This document shows, in pieces, positions 61,922 to 64,000 of a DNA stretch of 64,000 nt. Location: positions 1 through 64,000 of the forward strand of contig CAVSHR010000007.1 of assembly GCA_963727625.1 (NCBI GenBank), given 5' to 3'. Each line of letters begins with the position of its first letter. The first letter of the stretch is position 1. The stretch comes from an uncultured delta proteobacterium. GTDB lineage: Bacteria > Desulfobacterota > Binatia > UBA9968. Position numbers and translations under genes: made by a program. The notes below the pieces were generated by a model. That model did no database searches, had not been told where the DNA came from, and saw only the letters and a program-made list of their open reading frames with translations.

Positions 61922-63087
61922 CGCACGAACAAGCCGATGCCCATCCATTCGAGCAGTATGGAAAAAAGCGCGTCGAAGACGATCACGACAAAAATGCTCT
62001 GCACGACACTGACCGTCGTGTGGCGGCCGACGCTTTCGGCGCTGCCGCTGACGCAAAGTCCCTGATAGCAGCCGATCATCGCAATAATAACCGCGAACAC
62101 CGGGGCTTTTCCCACGCCGATCAAAAAATTGGTTGGGGAGATCACGGTCTTAAAACGATCGAGAAAAGCGTTGAAGCTGACATCCAGCTGGGTTGACGCT
62201 ACCACCATGCCGCCGAATACTCCGGTCACGTCGGCAAACGCGGTCAAAAGGGGCAGGGCAACGATCAGTGCGAAGACCTTCGGTGCAATGAGCAACGCTA
62301 GAGGACTGATCCCCATCGTGCGCAGCGCGTTCACCTCCTCCGTTACCTTCATCGTGCCGATTTGAGCCGTGTAGGCCGATCCGGAGCGTCCGGCGACGAT
62401 AATGGCGGTGATGATTGGAGCGATTTCGCGCAACATGGTGATGCCGACGAACTCGACGATGAAAATTGACACGCCAAACCGTCGCAACTGCACCGCCGCC
62501 TGGTACGCGATCACAACGCCCATCAGAAACGAGAGCAGTCCAACGATCGGGATGGCTTTGAGTCCGCCCGCTTTTAGGTTGTAGAAAAAGGGTTGCCAGC
62601 GGATTCGACGAGGGTTCAAGAGGAGGCGGAGCAGAACTAATGTGCTTTCGCCGACAAACGAGAGAAATCCGAGTCCCTGCAGCGAGGCGTCAAACGTTGC
62701 GTGACCCAATTGCTCGATTATGCCGGGGGTCTCGGGTTGGCCCGCAGCCGATTCTCCTTGATCCGCCGAGATCCAACGGATTAATTGCTCGAATTCTGAG
62801 CGCAAGCCGCGCAATTCGACGCGGTGCCCTGTCTGTTCCAGGCGGCTCAGAGAACGTCGCACGAGCCAAGCGCCGGCCGTATCCATCGAGGTAATGCCGC
62901 TCATCTCCCAAATCTGCTGGCCGGACTCTGTCCCCAAAACTTCAGCGACCTGTCGCTCCAAAAAGGGAACCTCGGCCATTTTCCAAGCGCCGGCGCAGCG
63001 CAACGTGCCGTCAGAATCTAGCGATGCGCTGGCGGTTGGACGCCGAGCCGTGGTTTTTGCCGTTTGCATGAAGCTCGTTGACCGCAT
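61918..63087 (-). CDS. mlaE: MlaE-like permease with an N-terminal STAS domain
   Basis: MDTAGAW (STAS), REIAP, AGRSGSAYTAQIGTMKVTEE. Confidence 0.9.
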   Translation of the reverse strand: MRSTSFMQTAKTTARRPTASASLDSDGTLRCAGAWKMAEVPFLERQVAEVLGTESGQQIWEMSGITSMDTAGAWLVRRSLSRLEQTGHRVELRGLRSEFEQLIRWISADQGESAAGQPETPGIIEQLGHATFDASLQGLGFLSFVGESTLVLLRLLLNPRRIRWQPFFYNLKAGGLKAIPIVGLLSFLMGVVIAYQAAVQLRRFGVSIFIVEFVGITMLREIAPIITAIIVAGRSGSAYTAQIGTMKVTEEVNALRTMGISPLALLIAPKVFALIVALPLLTAFADVTGVFGGMVVASTQLDVSFNAFLDRFKTVISPTNFLIGVGKAPVFAVIIAMIGCYQGLCVSGSAESVGRHTTVSVVQSIFVVIVFDALFSILLEWMGIGLFVR

Positions 63088-63403
63088 GGAGAGGATATAT
63101 TCGAGGTCGTTGCCGACCCTGCGATCATGAGTGGCTCAATTGACTAAACCACGCTTGTTTGCGCAATTGCAAGTAACCTCGCGAAGCAGTCCCGATCTGC
63201 TTAATTATTTTTCCGCGGCTCGAAAAAGATTGCAGTCTCCTATCGGCCAATATTGGAAAATATCTCCGCCTGCTCACTGAGCTCACAAGGGCTTTAGACG
63301 AGCTAAGCGAGAGCAGTCATGCTGACGGTCCGCGGGGTCGTTGGCGCAGGCGATAAAAGCGGGCCACGCAGCGAGTCTGGCTGAAACCCTCATATGGCGG
63401 ATC

Positions 63404-64000
63404 TCAGGCGTCGTCGCGCAGTTCTTGGGCGAGCGCCTGGAGAAGGGCAGGCTGAGTTGTGTTCAGGAAGAAGTGATCGCCGGGAAACATCCGCAGCGAG
63501 AAGGAGGCACATGTTTGATCACGCCAGGCTTCGAGATCGCCGCGAATTATCCTTTCATCCTGCAAACCGCCGAAGGCGGAAATGGGACAGTTGAGAGGAG
63601 GTTCGGTTAAGTACCTATAAGTTTCGTAGACAGCGAAATCCGCTCGCAAGAGGGGAAGCATGATCTGTCTGAGTTCTTCATCTTCTAACACTTCTCTGGG
63701 AGTGCCCTTCAGTCGATTCAGTTCCAGTAAAAATTCTCCCTCAGGCAGGCTATGGACAGGCGGATCTCGATTAGGGATCTGAGGCGCGCGATCGGCAGAG
63801 ACAAAAAGGCGAACTGGCTGCAGGGCATAGTGTCTGCGCAGTTGGCGGGCGAGTTCAAAACTAACCAATGCTCCCAGACTGTGGCCAAAGCATGCGAAAG
63901 GCTTGTCCAGAAGCGGAAAAAGGGCTTGAGCAAGGGCGTGGATGAGGGGCGAGAGTCGAGTGAACGGCGGCTCCATCAGCCGAGTTCCTCGTCCGGGAAG
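63404..64000 (-). CDS. Type II thioesterase (GrsT-like), 5' end outside the window
   Basis: FGHSLG, LRADF, GDHFF; the frame stays open to the window edge. Confidence 0.9.
   Translation of the reverse strand, partial: LPGRGTRLMEPPFTRLSPLIHALAQALFPLLDKPFACFGHSLGALVSFELARQLRRHYALQPVRLFVSADRAPQIPNRDPPVHSLPEGEFLLELNRLKGTPREVLEDEELRQIMLPLLRADFAVYETYRYLTEPPLNCPISAFGGLQDERIIRGDLEAWRDQTCASFSLRMFPGDHFFLNTTQPALLQALAQELRDDA

Overview
High-GC Gram-negative bacterial DNA (a Deltaproteobacteria/Binatia-like origin is only an impression from gene style). Bases 1-51.4 kb form a mosaic general-stress and carbon-storage island. It holds a sigma54 two-component system, ferritin-like, PRC-barrel, general-stress, USP, SOD, YihY, DedA-PAP2 and Ca/H antiporter genes. 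It also holds a Rieske plus cytochrome b-triheme c complex and a glycogen/trehalose to pentose-phosphate gene set (gnd, zwf, GH15, ROK kinase, HAD, tal, pgi, tkt, rpiB, pgm, glgP). An IS630 inserted beside an IS3 relic follows. The last 11 kb is a lipid synthesis/export block (ACP, FabF, LolA-like plus LolCDE-like ABC, DUF2062, MlaEFD-PqiC, type II thioesterase) that runs off the right edge. The most unusual signal is non-coding. A portable regulatory cassette (tandem enhancer-like palindromes 21 bp apart, a sigma54 -24/-12 core, a conserved GTCYA..TTAGAC palindrome and an RBS) recurs in three full and two partial copies. In two copies it is fused, at the same junction, into a 37-39 aa chimeric leader ORF placed ahead of unrelated genes. 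Many spacers in the island carry a fossil fragment of another stress or metabolic gene (nhaA, mgtA, zwf, gnd, Spy/CpxP, YHS, SDR, PRC, COG4705, tkt), and there are two MITE-like elements. No rRNA, tRNA or CRISPR array was seen. All family calls come from motif recognition by eye, not from database searches.
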